Source of the DNA: Lama glama
Lineage: Eukaryota
Assembly (NCBI GenBank): GCA_028534125.1
Contig: CM052816.1
Span: 46,998,001-47,062,000, forward strand
DNA length: 64,000 bases
Direction of reading: 5' to 3'
The notes under the pieces were generated by a model, which did no database searches, was not told where the DNA came from, and saw nothing but the letters and a program-made list of their open reading frames with translations. Shown here piece by piece: positions 23,655-36,932 of the stretch. Position 1 is the first letter of the stretch. Every line of letters begins with the position of its first letter. The translations under genes were made by a program, and so were the position numbers.

Positions 23655-23900
23655 TTCATTTATCTAATCAGCAGATATTTAATAAACATCTACCCTGGGC
23701 CATGCAAAGTTGTAGATGCTGTGGATATTCAGAAATAATTAAGGTACAGTCCAAACATTAAGGAATTCACAAACTGGTAGAGAAGACTGCCAAGTACTCA
23801 AAAAATTAGAACAGAATAAGAGGAAGCATGGGGTATGAGGAGCACAGAGGGGTCTGTCAACCCCCTTGCCTGCAGCTAAAGGACTGAGGAGACATCCCAG
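23655..23900 (-). mobile_element. L2 fragment
   Basis: 'atcagcagatatttaataaacatctaccctgggcca...gatgctgtggatattcaga' is an antisense L2 tail. Confidence 0.6.
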
Positions 23901-24049
23901 AGACAAAGGAGAAGAGCAAGGTCCCCAAAACTTGGCATCACTTTCCCATTCTAGGCAGAAGGAACGGCACACGGAAAGAAATGGAATCCTCAGTGAGTAC
24001 AGTGCATTCCAGAAACAGCTGATAGCACGGTGGATTTAGAGAGCGGGCA

Positions 24050-24183
24050 GGGGTGCCATGTAATTCACCAACAAAACCAGGTCGATACTTTGGTGTGTGA
24101 AAGGGGGTTCTTTTCATAATTACTTTGGGATAACAGGAACAAAGATGCACTGTCCCAGGTGAACTAGGATGTCTGGTCACCCC
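24050..24183. mobile_element. MER94-like hAT-Blackjack MITE
   Basis: TIR-like ends 'ggggtgccat' and 'tggtcacccc'; internal 'gtgaaaggggg...ataattac...aacagg...actgtcccagg'; about 134 bp. Confidence 0.75.
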
Positions 24184-24204
24184 AAGTGAGAAGACCACAG
24201 ATTG

Positions 24205-24415
24205 GGAAGCATTTAGGAATCACGTAGACTTGGATTTGAATCAAGGCTTGGATGATCAGAGGCAGAGTGACTATGACTAGTCAGTTATCGGCTGACTAGG
24301 CCTTAATTTCCTGTTTTGTAAAATGGAAATTAATAATTTCTTCATCATAGTTTTGTGTGAATGAGGTAACACACATAATGCGACTAATACAGTACTGGCT
24401 GTTAATGGGCTCCCC
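24205..24415 (+). mobile_element. MIR
   Basis: 'gacttggatttgaatc', 'ccttaatttcctgttttgtaaaatggaaattaataat'. Confidence 0.7.
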
Positions 24416-24823
24416 CCCAGAATATTGTTTCCCCGTGTCTTCTCCTATCATGGGACACAAAAGGGGGTTGAGGCTGGAGGATTAGACAAGTCTGAGATTA
24501 CCTTATGTCTTTTGTATCATGCTTAGGAGTTTGAATTTCAGCCTGAAAAAAATAATTAAGCAGAGAAGTTGTCCAGCTGCATTTGTGCTTTAGAAATATA
24601 ATTCTGGTAGCAGCATTTAAAGTGTGTGTCAGGGCAGTGAGTCATATCCAGGAGCTCCTGGTGACCTCTGGCACCAGGAAGCGTGGAGATCCTCATCTTT
24701 CTGTATAAGACTCATCCTCTTCTGACATTTGAAAGTGGGGGTGGGGGAAGCTACCAGTCTTTTGGAGTGGAGATGAGCCACAGGTGGTGATTTAGCAGGG
24801 GAAACTGACAACTCCCTAAGAAT

Positions 24824-25005
24824 CAAATTCTCAAAGAGTGGTCCCAGATTACCAACATCTGAGAACTTGAATTTACTGGAACTGTAAATTCTCAGCCCTA
24901 AGTAGACCTACCAGATCAGAAACTCTGGGGGTGAGGGTCCAACAATCTGTGTTTTAACCAGTCTGCTAAAAGATCCTGAGATACACCAAAGTTTGATAGC
25001 CACTG
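24824..25005. mobile_element. MER5A hAT-Charlie MITE
   Basis: 'ttctcaaagagtggtccc...atcagaaactctgggggtgagggtccaacaatctgtgttttaac...aaagtttgatagccactg'. Confidence 0.85.
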
Positions 25006-25219
25006 CAGAGCTAAAACTTAAGTGGCAGGTCAAGGTCAGTGAATCAGAGAACAGTAATGGTTCTGTCATCAAACTAAGGGAGAAACAGAGGTAGTCACTG
25101 AAGTCAAAGTATAAAGTGCAGGACCTGGGGTACCAGGGAGGTAAGAAGGGAGAACCTCTAACAGAGAAAATAAGCAGTTTAGGTGGTCTCTGGAAAACAC
25201 CTGGATTAGTTATGGGGGC

Positions 25220-26077
25220 TGATTTTAGTTTCTTAGGGCTGCCATAACAAAGCCCCAAACTGGGTGGCTTAAACAACAGAAATTTACTGTCTTATGCTTT
25301 TAGAGGCTGGAGGTCAGAAATCAAGGGGTGTGCAGGGCCAGGCTCCATCTGAGGCTCTGGGTAGAATCCTTCCTTGCCCCCTTCTAGCTTCTGGTGGTGG
25401 ACATCCACCCTTGGTGTTCCTTGACTTGCAGCTGCAACACTCCAACTTTGCCTCTGTCATCACATGGCCTTCTCCCTGGGTGTCCCTTCTCCTTCTCCTT
25501 ATAAGGATTCCCATCATATTGTATTAGGGCCCACCATAGTGACCCCATCTTAAATAATTACATCTGCAACATCCTTATTTCCAAATAAGGTCACATTCTG
25601 AAGTACTAGGGGTCCAGACTTCAACATGGTCACATCCCTAGGCACGTGTGTTAGGTAGTTTAGAAAGAAATGAGCACTGGGTAGGGGGAGAGGAAGGGGA
25701 AAGGAACAATCCAGAACACAAGGAGCCTGAGCTGTCAATCAACCAGAGCGCAGGGACCTGAGTTGTCAATCAATCAATTGATTAATCAATCAATCATGAA
25801 ACCAGGATATAAAAATTGGAAAAACAAGGGAACTGTGCCATTTTTCCTCTCTCGGATTAACCTGCTCCCAGTTCTCAGGAGTGTACTATCTTTTATTTTT
25901 TTAATTCACTAATGAAAATCTTGCTTATATCATACTTTCTGTCTCTCGTCAAAAATCTTTTTTTCAGGGGACTAAGAACCGAGGTAATTCTTACTTTCCT
26001 TTTTTCCTGTAACACATGGAATTAGGATTTCAGTATATTTTGGGGGCAGATTGGGGGACATAAATCAAACCATAACA
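25220..26077 (-). mobile_element. MaLR LTR (MLT1C-like), split by a nested ERV LTR
   Basis: 'agggctgccataacaaag...tggcttaaacaacagaaattta', 'ccttatttccaaataaggtcacattctga', end 'gggggacataaatcaaaccataaca'. Confidence 0.9.
25649..26014 (+). mobile_element. ERV1-type solo LTR (366 bp) nested in MLT1
   Basis: Inverted termini TGTTA...TAACA; 4-bp TSD cgtg (25645-25648) / catg (26015-26018) differing by a CpG transition; TATA-like 'gatataaaaa' near 25806; U5-like 'gactaagaaccgagg'. Confidence 0.85.
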
Positions 26078-26109
26078 TAGCCTGTTATTGGCTCTTAACT
26101 AGCTTACAT

Positions 26110-26520
26110 TGCCTGCTTTGGGTTTCCCCAGAAATAGAGCCTGAAACAGAGATTCGTGTCTAAATAGTTTATTTGGTAGGAGATCCCAGAACACACCCTA
26201 GGAAGGTAGCAAAGTGGAACAGGGCAGGGAAGGCGTTCAGTAAGGGGTGTGGGCCACCGGAGCTCAATCCACCAGAGAACCTGGGAAATGTGTAGAATCC
26301 ATGCCTCCGAGGGGGCTCAGGTGTTTGTATGGCCTTGGTTGAGGGCTACTCAGGAAGGTCATTAATTCTTAGGCATTCCCAATCTGCTACCAGACGCGGA
26401 GGAACGGGCCTCAGGGGCCAGGAAAGCCCATGGGTGAAGAGATGCTGGCAGGGGTAAGTCGGGCAATGTGCACAGAAATGGTCAAGACTGAGGGCATGGG
26501 CACCACAGGCATCTGCCTTA
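26110..26520 (-). mobile_element. LTR16-family ERVL LTR
   Basis: 'gggtttccccagaaatagagcctgaaacagagattc...tagtttatttggtaggagatcccag'. Confidence 0.75.
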
Positions 26521-27819
26521 GTGCGAGGGCTGGCTTTAGGGAAGTCAGGGAGAAGAAGGAAATGAATAAATGCAAACCCACGTACAAGTTGGTAAATCAA
26601 TCATGTCAGGAGGTCTGTACGGTACAAAATGGCCAATTTGATTTTTTAAATTTTGCACTCAGTTGAGTTGATTTATTTCACTCTAGGCTAAAACTTTCTG
26701 GCTACTGAAATGTCAAAAAAAATTCTTATTTTACCTCATTTTAATTGTTGTAAAATTACTGATGAGGCTATTTGGAGTTTTCAAGGGACTTCATTTTTTC
26801 CGACTTGTGAGAATTAAAAAATAAAAAGAAATTCTGATAGCTCCCTGATATCCCAGGACAAACTTGGACAGAGAAAATCTCAATAACCTGTCCCTGGTCA
26901 CTCAATGTCGTTTAGAAAGAACTAGAAAGAGTATTTCCTCTCTTGGCCTCTTCTCTGCTGCTTTGGCTACTCAGCTGTGACTGACTTGTCTAGAAGACTA
27001 ACATAAACCCAGTTGTTTATATGCCTTAAAAGGCATGGTAGATGTCTTAGTTTTAAGGTTTATTTTTTAAGGTAGAACCCTGCATTTTCACTTAGGTAAA
27101 GCTTAATGCCACCTGTATCTTATTTTTTAAAAAAGAGGTAGTTTTAGAGAATTTTCTTGCTTAATGTCATGCAGCAAATTTATGACAGAAGCAGAATTAT
27201 AATCCAAGATTTTTTCCCCTCTTATTTGTGTTCTTTTTACACAAATACAACCATTTTCTGGTTATTTCAAAGATATGTATATAATGGGACCTAATCACAG
27301 AGTTTGCTACCATAAAATATAGTTTACTGGAGGCAGAGGCACTGTAACATAATTTGACCTTCTCATATTCAAACTGTGTGCAAAGAAAGTTGGCAAAGCT
27401 CAAAAAGAATTATTTTTCCCCTTTACATAATGTGTTTTGTAATTCAAAGATTTTACACACAGAATGATGTTCCTTTCTATGTCTAATATACTAATATAAA
27501 ATCCAAGTGTGGTTAAATCATCATAATTTTGGATGATAACCTAATTTAACTGATATGTAAAAAAGTTTCACCAACAAAGAATAATTTTCAACACCAGACT
27601 AGGTGGGTGGTCCTGGAATAGTCAAGGGAATCCAATCATTACTTTCTCAACATAGTATTTATTGAGGAATCAAAGCTTTATAGGCTCATAATTTATAATT
27701 GTCCCATGCAAAAAAATTATGAAAATTATATTTGTGAGAAAATTTTAGCACAGTTATGGAATAGATGTGAATTTTATATTTTCTTGTGGCAGAAATTAGA
27801 GTTAGAAGGAAGATTTCGT

Positions 27820-28460
27820 ATGAATTATTTCTTTGGACTCATAGACCTTGTTTCAAATCCTGTCTCCCACTCATTCATGGTATGATTGTACATTTTATTT
27901 ACTCAACCTATTTTGTCTTCTGTAAAGTATCCTCAGACTTTTATCCCCATCTGCTAATGTAATGCCTGACAGACATTAGGTATAAAGAGTCTTATTCTAA
28001 ATAAGACTGCTTTAAAGGATTATAGTTAAGATAAATGACAGTCTGATATACTAAGTAGACACTCAACAAAAATATTGTTATTCCTAGTCATGGTCCACGC
28101 CCTTTGTGTATATTATGACATATTAGAAGAAATATTGAAAGACAGAGACTCTGGAGTTGGACACACTGGGATTTATGAATAACAGATGTGCTATTTACCA
28201 ACCCGGTGACTATGGATTTATTATTTAACCTCTCACAGCTTCAACTGTTTCTTCTCTAAAGTGAAAAATAAGAACAACTATCCTTCAGTGTTAAGATTCA
28301 CATGAGTTTTTGTGGTTCTTTGATTTTATTTTTTTCATCTCTAAAATGGGAATCCTATTCATTACTTATTTTAAAACGTTGTTATGAAGGCCAACTTAGA
28401 TAATGTGAAGGTAAATTTTTTACAAATCTGGTAAATATTATACAAATGTTAATTTTTTTG
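27820..28460 (+). mobile_element. Cluster of degraded MIR fragments
   Basis: 'ctttggactcatagaccttgtttcaaatcctg', 'ctctggagttggacacactgggattt', 'tttaacctctcacagcttcaactg', 'catctctaaaatgggaat'. Confidence 0.65.
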
Positions 28461-28899
28461 TTATTAAAATGTCATTAAAATTACTAAATATGATAATATA
28501 ATTAAAGTCATAAAATTAAGATATAATTTAAATATTATAATTTATTTCTGGTGAATAATACTTTATCCTATAAAGTATTTGCTTAACTCCCAAATTTAAT
28601 CAAACCATGAAGTTGCTGAATATTATAAATCATGACCCAATATTAAAAAAACTTACTGGTGAATATTTAAATTTCTAGCAAACAAAACCTATCTGCTAAT
28701 GATTACTAACATTACAATTTAATTTTCATTTTAAAAATGATTTTTTACAAGATTCCTTTAATCAGTGAGCCCCACTCTATGTTAAATGTGTGATTTAATC
28801 AGTAAAATCTCATTTTACATTACATTTTAGGGTCTCACTGCCTTTTGAAATCATGATAGTGTAAAATGTTTTCCTGTAATTAAATGAACAAATTAGAAA

Positions 28900-29600
28900 T
28901 ATTGATTAATTCCTGTGGCTGAAGCCCCACAGGTAATCTCTGAATTGCAAGGTCCCTGCCCTGATGAAGCTTATGTGCGAAGTAAGATAGAAGATGGACG
29001 AGATTGACCATGTCAGTGAGATATCTGGAGGAACTGGTGTTCGACGGAGAGACTGAAGGCAAAGAGGATGGGAAAGGAGAGACCACTCTTCTGTAATGAA
29101 GGGGAGCTGGGAGTGGCCAGGCATTTTCAGAGGCTCAGGCCTTAGGAGAGAGTGAACAGACATCGAGGATTTTTAGCCAAAGAGTTGCCCACTAAAAGTA
29201 ACGTTCTGGGGATTAACTTGTCGGTGGAATGTAGAGCTGAATTGAGTGGAGAGAGAGAGACAGAAAAACTTCTTAAAAGAATATCAATAATTTGGGTGTG
29301 ACTTGAGGATAATGACAGTCATGAATGCAAATTTACGAAGTGAGTCATTACAAGAAATTAAAAACTGACTGTACTTGTTAGCTGACCCAACTAGAATATA
29401 GGGAAGTCAGAAAGGGAAGGAGTTTGGATTTTCTTTCTCTTGGGGAGGTGGGAGAGGGACAGTGTGGATGGTATGGTCACTCAGGTATAGGAATGTTATG
29501 TTTAATCTGCTGGGGCATCCAGTTAGCCTAGTCTTGTAGCGGACTAAGGCTGGAGTCTTGAAAGTGGGCTAGTTGTGTGCAGGAGAAAGTGCAGAGCTGA
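28900..29600 (-). mobile_element. Degraded L2 fragments
   Basis: 'aaggtccctgccctgatgaagcttatg' followed by purine-rich antisense-L2-like sequence. Confidence 0.45.
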
Positions 29601-30611
29601 CCCTGGTCTCAGTACAGAGCTCAGGAGAAGTAGACTCATGTCCATAATCTTCCATTAGTACTGTAGTCCCATTGTATCCAAGGCTTTTGTCTAAGAGACC
29701 CTTTTATTCAAATTATCAGGTAAACTTTCCAGTGATGAAAGTTGTTTCCACCTTCACACTGTCAACCAACACACTTACATTCTGTTAAGCTGAACAAGAA
29801 AAGCTGTAGGTTTTCACATTTATTGTAATGGAATGTTCTTTGCGAAGCTTTAGCTATGGCCACCTAAATGTCAACATTGTTAACAATACTGTGTCTAAAT
29901 TAGATACCTACAGGAAAGCTCTTTTAGTTGGAAGACCTTGCATGTTATAATGTTCCTATATTTGAATGTATTAGTAATAAGAGGTAGCTTCCGGGGTATA
30001 TGTGCTTCTAGCCACTATTCTAATCAGCTGGGTGAAAATTCAGTTTTCTACTTGAAAACTTTATGATTAGTTAGGAAAATCACCCCTAAAAGAGAACACA
30101 TCCAAAGAGAAATTTAGAATTTTAGGCATTTAAAATGTCTTTCACTAATCTTGGTATTGATTTTAATAAAAACACAACTTGAGATAATTCTTTATGTTAA
30201 AAACATTCAGCTATTTCCAGCCACTTTGTCAGTTTATCAAGCAATCAGGATTTCTTCTTCCCTGCCAAAAATGGTGCTCTGGGTTTGTGCTTTTCCCTGA
30301 TAAGATCCTGTTGTATCTCACTCTCGTGGTACCCGCTTTAGAAAGTTATGTTTGACGATCTTGGGGCCGTGTGTTTGTGTGATGGAAGATAACTGAGAAT
30401 ATGGGCTCCTTTCTCCCTTCTGCTTTTCACGTATCAAGCTCCCATGGTCATCTCCTTACTCTCCCTGGTTTCCTCTTAGTGCCTCCTCCAGGTAGGTTCT
30501 TGGATCACCAAGAAAAGTACCTCCTCTCAGTTGGTGTGTTCCCCTTTCAGACATCCAGGACTTACCAGACAGTTAGGCACAGTTCTTCTGAGTCTAATTA
30601 TAGAATTCCTT

Positions 30612-30644
30612 AAAAACAAAACAAAACAAAACAAAAACAAAAAA
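30612..30644. repeat. (CAAAA)n simple repeat
   Basis: Directly visible. Confidence 0.9.
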
Positions 30645-33600
30645 CCCTTCTATCTTTCTTTGTCATCAAGCTAAGAGAAAGGTCCAAGAAAATAATTTAT
30701 TTGGGTTCTCAAAGTCACCTGATCCTTTAAAATCATGATTCTTTAAAGTTATACATGTCCCTCAGTGTCAGGAAGTTTACATTTATAGTCCCTAGCATTC
30801 TTGTTATCCCAATACGAGTATTGTAATAAACACCTGCACATCTAAAATCTAATACATTTCAGTTGTTCAGGCATTAGTCAGGTTAGGATTTTTCACCAAT
30901 GCTCACAAAAACGAAATAAAAATAATCAGTGGTTGCTGAGTGTCTTCCTTTTTACATACTTGGACAGATTTTAAAATACATAATTGAAGTAGAATATCTA
31001 GTTATTTGAAGTTTATGTGTAACAACACTATCTCTGTCTCTACTCTCTATATATCTATTTCTACATATCTATATATATACAACCATCTAGGTCTATATCT
31101 GCTAAATATGTGTGTGTGTCCACAAGATCACATTGTTTATATTTTAAAATTTATTCTTTATTTTTATCCAAGTTATACATGCACACATATCACATTTAAT
31201 TTATCAGCACTGAATTTATTCTTCCAGTCTTCCCAATGTTCAGGCAGCAGCGTATTTTAAAGGTTGGATCATGATGAAAACTAAAAATTCAACTGAAGTT
31301 TAAAATTGGAGTTACATCTAGAGTCCTCACTGATGTGTCTTTTTTTAATTACCGTAAAGTGTAAATTGCAAAATATAAAATGTAAATTGCAAAATAACAA
31401 CGAAATATTTCATTCTGCCATGTTTTATGTTTCCTCAAGAGTGTGTGTGCCGAGCTGTTATAAGAATGTCGATGAATAGGTGCCAAGGATTAGCCAGCCA
31501 ATAGCTTGTCCACTTGCAAATGTAAAGCATCTGCTCAGTTGCCAACCTCTCCTTCCTGAAGGTAAAGATGCACCCGGAGGCTAGGCAGGTGGAATTCCTG
31601 CAGGAGCTGCCTGGCTCAGGCGGCAGGAGGACGCTCCTGGCAGAGGGGGCTTCCCCTTCCCGATAGAGCTTCTCCAAAAATGAGAACAATTGAGCAACAC
31701 TGGCCTAAATAATTATTTTTAGCAATAGTATTTTAAGACTTTTTCAATCTAAAAAATGTCTTAAATGTTTTAAAATATAAAGTAGGTATCTGCATTCTTC
31801 TCCTCCTCCAGCATTTTCCACTCACTACTAGCTTCAACAAGGAAGAAACAGGAACTGAGCACAGTGTGAATTGGGGGCAGCCAGCCCCCAAAAGCACTTG
31901 CTAAACTCAGTCTCAAATTTAAAGGGTGTTTTTCCTAGAGTACCTGCTTTATCACTGGGGAGTTCACCCATGTGAGATCACGCTCATGACTGAAGTCCTC
32001 CACTCTCACTGTAGCTGGAGGACCACTGCAGGAATTTTCACGTGCCCCAGAAGGTCTGTGACCTTTCCGCGCAAGGCTACAGGACGTCTCCCCCTCCTCC
32101 AGCAACTCTCATAGTTACTGTTACTTTCAAGCTAAGGTAAATGGAGTACAGCATCCTTTATTCAGGAGAGCTCTCCTGGCTTGTGTCACTTCAGCCACAT
32201 TGTTCTCTCTGGCAGGTAAAACTAATCCTGTAGCTTTTTAACCGCAAACCCTAAAAGAGGAGAGCAGCCTAGCCAAGACACACGTGAATGTGGCCCGTCT
32301 AACTCAAAGGGCTCTGCTGCCGTTAGTGTAATCCAGTCACGAATGCTACCACGCATTCCTGGGCTTCCCTTCTATTTAGAGCAACTTCTGTTCTCACACA
32401 CTAACAGCCCCGGCCAAAATCCAGCCTGGGACTGGCCCTCTGACAGAATCGTGGCGAAGTTGTAATTATTGCTGAGTTAGGTGCCCGCTCCATTAGACAT
32501 ACATGAATCACTTCTGTTCTTTCCTTTCTTTGTCACGAGGCTCCTGTCCCTTTAGATTCCTTTTCTCTGTGTAAAGGGCAGAGTGTCTCTAGACTGTTCC
32601 CACAGTGTCCTCAGTCCAATAGGTTACAAAGGTACTAACGCACTAAATAGAAGTGGTCCCCTTGGGAAAATCCATTGCTTCTGAGGTGGTTCCTGTTGCA
32701 ATGAATGAGGACTTCTCTGAGGTCACAAACATGTTTAGCAACATCTCCATAGAAATGATTACAGGTTGTTTCATTCAGACTCCGAGGAGAAAGCCCTCCT
32801 ACCCTGGATATGCGTGAGGTGATGAATACACTCTTTTGGAACAAGGAAGCTTTATTTGCAGGACTCTTTGTATTCTGCTGAGTACCCTAATGAGCTATCC
32901 AGGGTGGCGCATCAGTGTGGGAGCAGGCAGAGAAGGCCTGTTACCCTCTCTTCATTAGTCCTGCTCTCCTTTGTCGCTCTGCTTGTTGGTGACTCACAGG
33001 ACTCCTCATTCCCCTGGCCGAATGGAAGAAAAACACATGACTTTCATTTTAGGGCCCAAACCACCAAAACCATCAGCTTTTCTATGTGGTAAACAGGACA
33101 CAGGAATCTGATCTCTTGCCTCTCTGCCTATGAGCCTCTCCTAGTAGGGCTTTTGCTACTTCAGAAATGGACGCAGAAAATACCAACCCGAAAATTTAGG
33201 AATCACCTTGTTTATTCCATTCGCCATGTTAATGGTCCTTAAATCACTGGTGAGTCAACTCAGATACAGTCATTCAGGTTAGGTCTACATAAAGAAAGTG
33301 AATAATTAAGATAATTATGCAGGTAGCTTGGGCACCAGTGCATATTTCAAGAGTAACTGTTTGGAGCTTGCATTATTCAGATAATGCCTCAATTCTTCAT
33401 TTCATGTAATATTTGTAGATTTGGCCTTAATGGGAATGTTTTCTTACCCTAACAGTCATGGACTTAAAGTCACACTGCAGTTCATTTATTTGAGACATCC
33501 TATATAATTACACATCTACAAACTCATAATATTTTAGTAACAAAGAGCCTGTGGAGAAATAAAATCCAAAATTAAATCCGCTTGTATAGATAATGGTAAA

Positions 33601-36600
33601 ATAAGTTTCTTGCTTAAAATATGCAGATATTTAAGCCCAGGTATAAGATTTTTCTTTTTCCCACATGATTTATGATTATTGCCTTGAGTCTCCCTTTTCC
33701 TTTGTATGTGTAATAACCTAAATTCTAAACTGGCACGATACTCAGAAACACCCCTACGTCTACAGAGATGCCAGAAATAGACTTTTAGACCACATGAGCA
33801 TAGATAATTTATTTTTGCAGAGTGTCATTTGTGCCAAAATATCACGAAACACTTCGTGGTTGATCTGATGACAAGAAAAAGAAGTAAGCGTGCCGCACTA
33901 TTTCCTTCAGCTGGGAGCCGCCCACAGATGTAGGCGGTTCGAGGTGGAGCGCATCGCTTTTACTCGTGGAGCTGAGAAGCAACTGCCTTTGAGGGCGCTG
34001 CGCCCTCCCTTGAATTTTTGGCTCTCCCTGCCTGGATCGTACTTTTCCTTTTCAATGACAGGCTGCAAACTTTTGGCAGAGAGGATACATGAATTAGAAA
34101 AGTTTGTACAGGCAAACTCAAAACTTCAAAACACAATTCGCATGTTTCCTGAAAAAAGAAAACTGGAATTCTTACTTTAAAATTAGTCAGCCAGGTTGTT
34201 TTATAATACACACTTAAAACTGCTACCTTTTGAGGCAGGACGACAAAGCCCTGTTTCCTCTAGGCGTCAGCAGCCCGGCGGTGCTCTGGCACCCCATTCT
34301 ACTGGTTTTTGATGGAACCCTCAGTTAGAATGGAACCGTGGGTAGAATACCGCTACCCGAACCCTGCCCAGTGGGCCTGGAGTGTGTGTGCGGGAAGTAC
34401 ATTGTGACAGATCAGACATCACAGGCAGCGGACGCGTTCTGTGCTAGCCCATCGCAACCATGTGCCCATCACTTAAAGCTTGAGCTACAATTTAAATCTC
34501 CGTCCTTAGAAAGGCAGCTCCCAAAGCGAGCGGAAGTGGAATCTGAGGGCGAAGTGGTAGGAGCAGCACCAGAAAAGGCGCTGAAATTCTGTTGTTGTCA
34601 TCCTGTGTTTGTGACCAATGTGTGAATGGCTCTAAAGACAAGAACTAACGGGGAGAGAATAGAAGATTCAGAGCTCTGAGTGAGGCCTACTTTGTATTTA
34701 CAAAGATAAAGAGAGACTCCATGGGAGAAGAAAAGAAACCATGGGTAAAAACTTCTCCATTTAGTCTTTATAATTAGTTAAGAAACATTGAAATTAATAA
34801 CACAATCTGAGCAATGCAGCATGTGTGGCATATATCACATTTTAAATTAATTCTTGAAATAGTTACTGGTGTCCTACTTTATTTCAATTTTGGTAGATTG
34901 GCTTACAGTCACTTTCTGATGGGTGTCCCATAAAGTAAAAATTAGTATCTCATCTGCCATTAACCACTCTTCTTGTAGCAAAATAATGTTAACATATGTA
35001 AAGGGAAAGACTTAAAATAGATACTGAAAGTTGATCCTGTTCATTTACAGGTTTAGCAATGGCACTGGAGGGGAAGGAAGGGGGGACAAGTTTTATTAGC
35101 TTCCTTCTTTAGCCCTCTAGTAGAAAACCCCCTTGATTGTCCATGTTTTATATAAAATTGGTCACTTGCATTCATTATTCTTCATTGATAGGATATAATA
35201 GTCATCTCTGGTATTTTGGAGTTTGGAGAAAAGGCCTGAGATTATAGGACTGTCTTTAAGTGGCTAGCTTTTGTACTAGAATTATGTAAAAATTTACAAT
35301 CTGCTGATTACAGTATTAGGGAGCTGCAGCCTCATTGACCTGCTGTCATAGTTACCTTTGGAATCCTTAATGTCTCCAGGCTGACTTTCACATGATCAAG
35401 AGTCACGCTTCTGAAAATGCTCTAATTTAGTTTTATCTGGATCTATGTGTGCACACATATGCATGCAAATATTTATGTTTGAGCAATTAGGAAAACAAAA
35501 AACATTTCTGTATGACCAACTTTTAAAAGCCAGGATCTTTCAGCCTAGCGGTGAATCCAGCTACTTTTCTTTGTGTTCTTTTTTTTTTTTTTTTTGTATG
35601 GTTTCCCTTGAAAAAAATGCAACCAAATCAAGCATAGGTAAGAACTGCAGAGAACCCAGTATAAACTAAACAGTGGTCAGATGGAAAGCTCAGACAAATG
35701 ATCCAGGCACAAGAAAGTGAATTTACGAAGTAGCCTGAAGAATCATCAGCTTTATTTTTAAGTTTTCTAATTTTTGTGCCTAAAGGAAAGTATTACAAGT
35801 CAAGAATATATAAGCACATTTTTATTAAGTTGGTAGAAAAGAAATCAGAAATGTTTCTTTTGATTTACAACTCTGTCATCAATGCAAGCATGTTTATGAG
35901 TACATTATTTTTAAAATATTTCTTTAAGAACTAGTTAAGTGTCTCTCATCCCCCACCCCCCTGCTCCCCATCTTTGCATTAATTTGTCCATTCTAACAAT
36001 ATATGTATGTTTTAATCATATACTTTTAACCTACTCAGCCTTTTTTAAAGGACATGTTTATGCATCAGAAAACCAAATAATTCCACTTTGTTCTGACAGA
36101 ACAACTTACATTTCATTCAAGTGTCTCTTTTTAGGTGATATTCTTAGCAAGGGATTTTATTTACTAAATGACATTTCTGCTAACCTGGAAAGGAAGATAT
36201 CCATTCTTCAAATACTGTCATTACCCAGCTTTAAAAAGACTTGATTGTACCGTGTTAGGGAAACAGTGTCAGATTTTTCCATCAAACTTTCTCCCACCAT
36301 AATAACTGAGCATAAAAATGAACTTCCAGGGATGAAATGACTACAAAGCAAATTAATGCAATCAAGTCTTTAGTAACAACTCTGTCCATATCTGTTAAAT
36401 ATTTTCAAACTATTCTAAAAAAACACACCCAGAAGGCAAACTCACAGTGAATAGAAACAAAATGGTCAGCAGCGTGTGTCGCATGGTATTTGAATGGAAA
36501 GTAATTTATCGCGTCTGAAATAAAGGCTGTTTATTCTTGTGTTTCACTGTCTGTAACAATCTTTACCATTTATCTGTGAAAAAGTGAGAAACTGTACCGT

Positions 36601-36910
36601 TATTAGCATATGAATACTTGACACATCAAATTGGCTGTACAATAACAGAAGGACATTTGCGGTTGGTGTATGCACACAGACAAAGCAGCCATTTTGAAAA
36701 AAAAATGAAATGGTGTGGGTGGTTTAACCCTTTCCTCATCTTTTAGGTTTTCCCACTCCTGATTTTGACCGGAACAGTTTGGCAGTTAGAATCAGAATAT
36801 TTCTATAACAAAAAAAGTAATCAGGGGCCATTATGCTTATGATAATTATATTGATACATTCACTCTACTAGAAAAATAGAATCGGAATGACAATAAAGGA
36901 GTTTGTGTGA

Positions 36911-36932
36911 GTGTGTGTGTGTGTGTGTGTGT
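36911..36932. repeat. (GT)11 microsatellite
   Basis: Directly visible. Confidence 0.95.

Noticed and set aside
31360..31396. Short tandem duplications (also ~18060-18086 and ~58320-58355) as a repeat array or CRISPR-like structure
   Set aside because: Each has only two adjacent copies with no spacer architecture; these are ordinary slippage duplications in eukaryotic DNA.
35110..35124. CTCF-like CTACTAGAGGGCT on the minus strand
   Set aside because: Mismatches at an important core position and has no supporting context.
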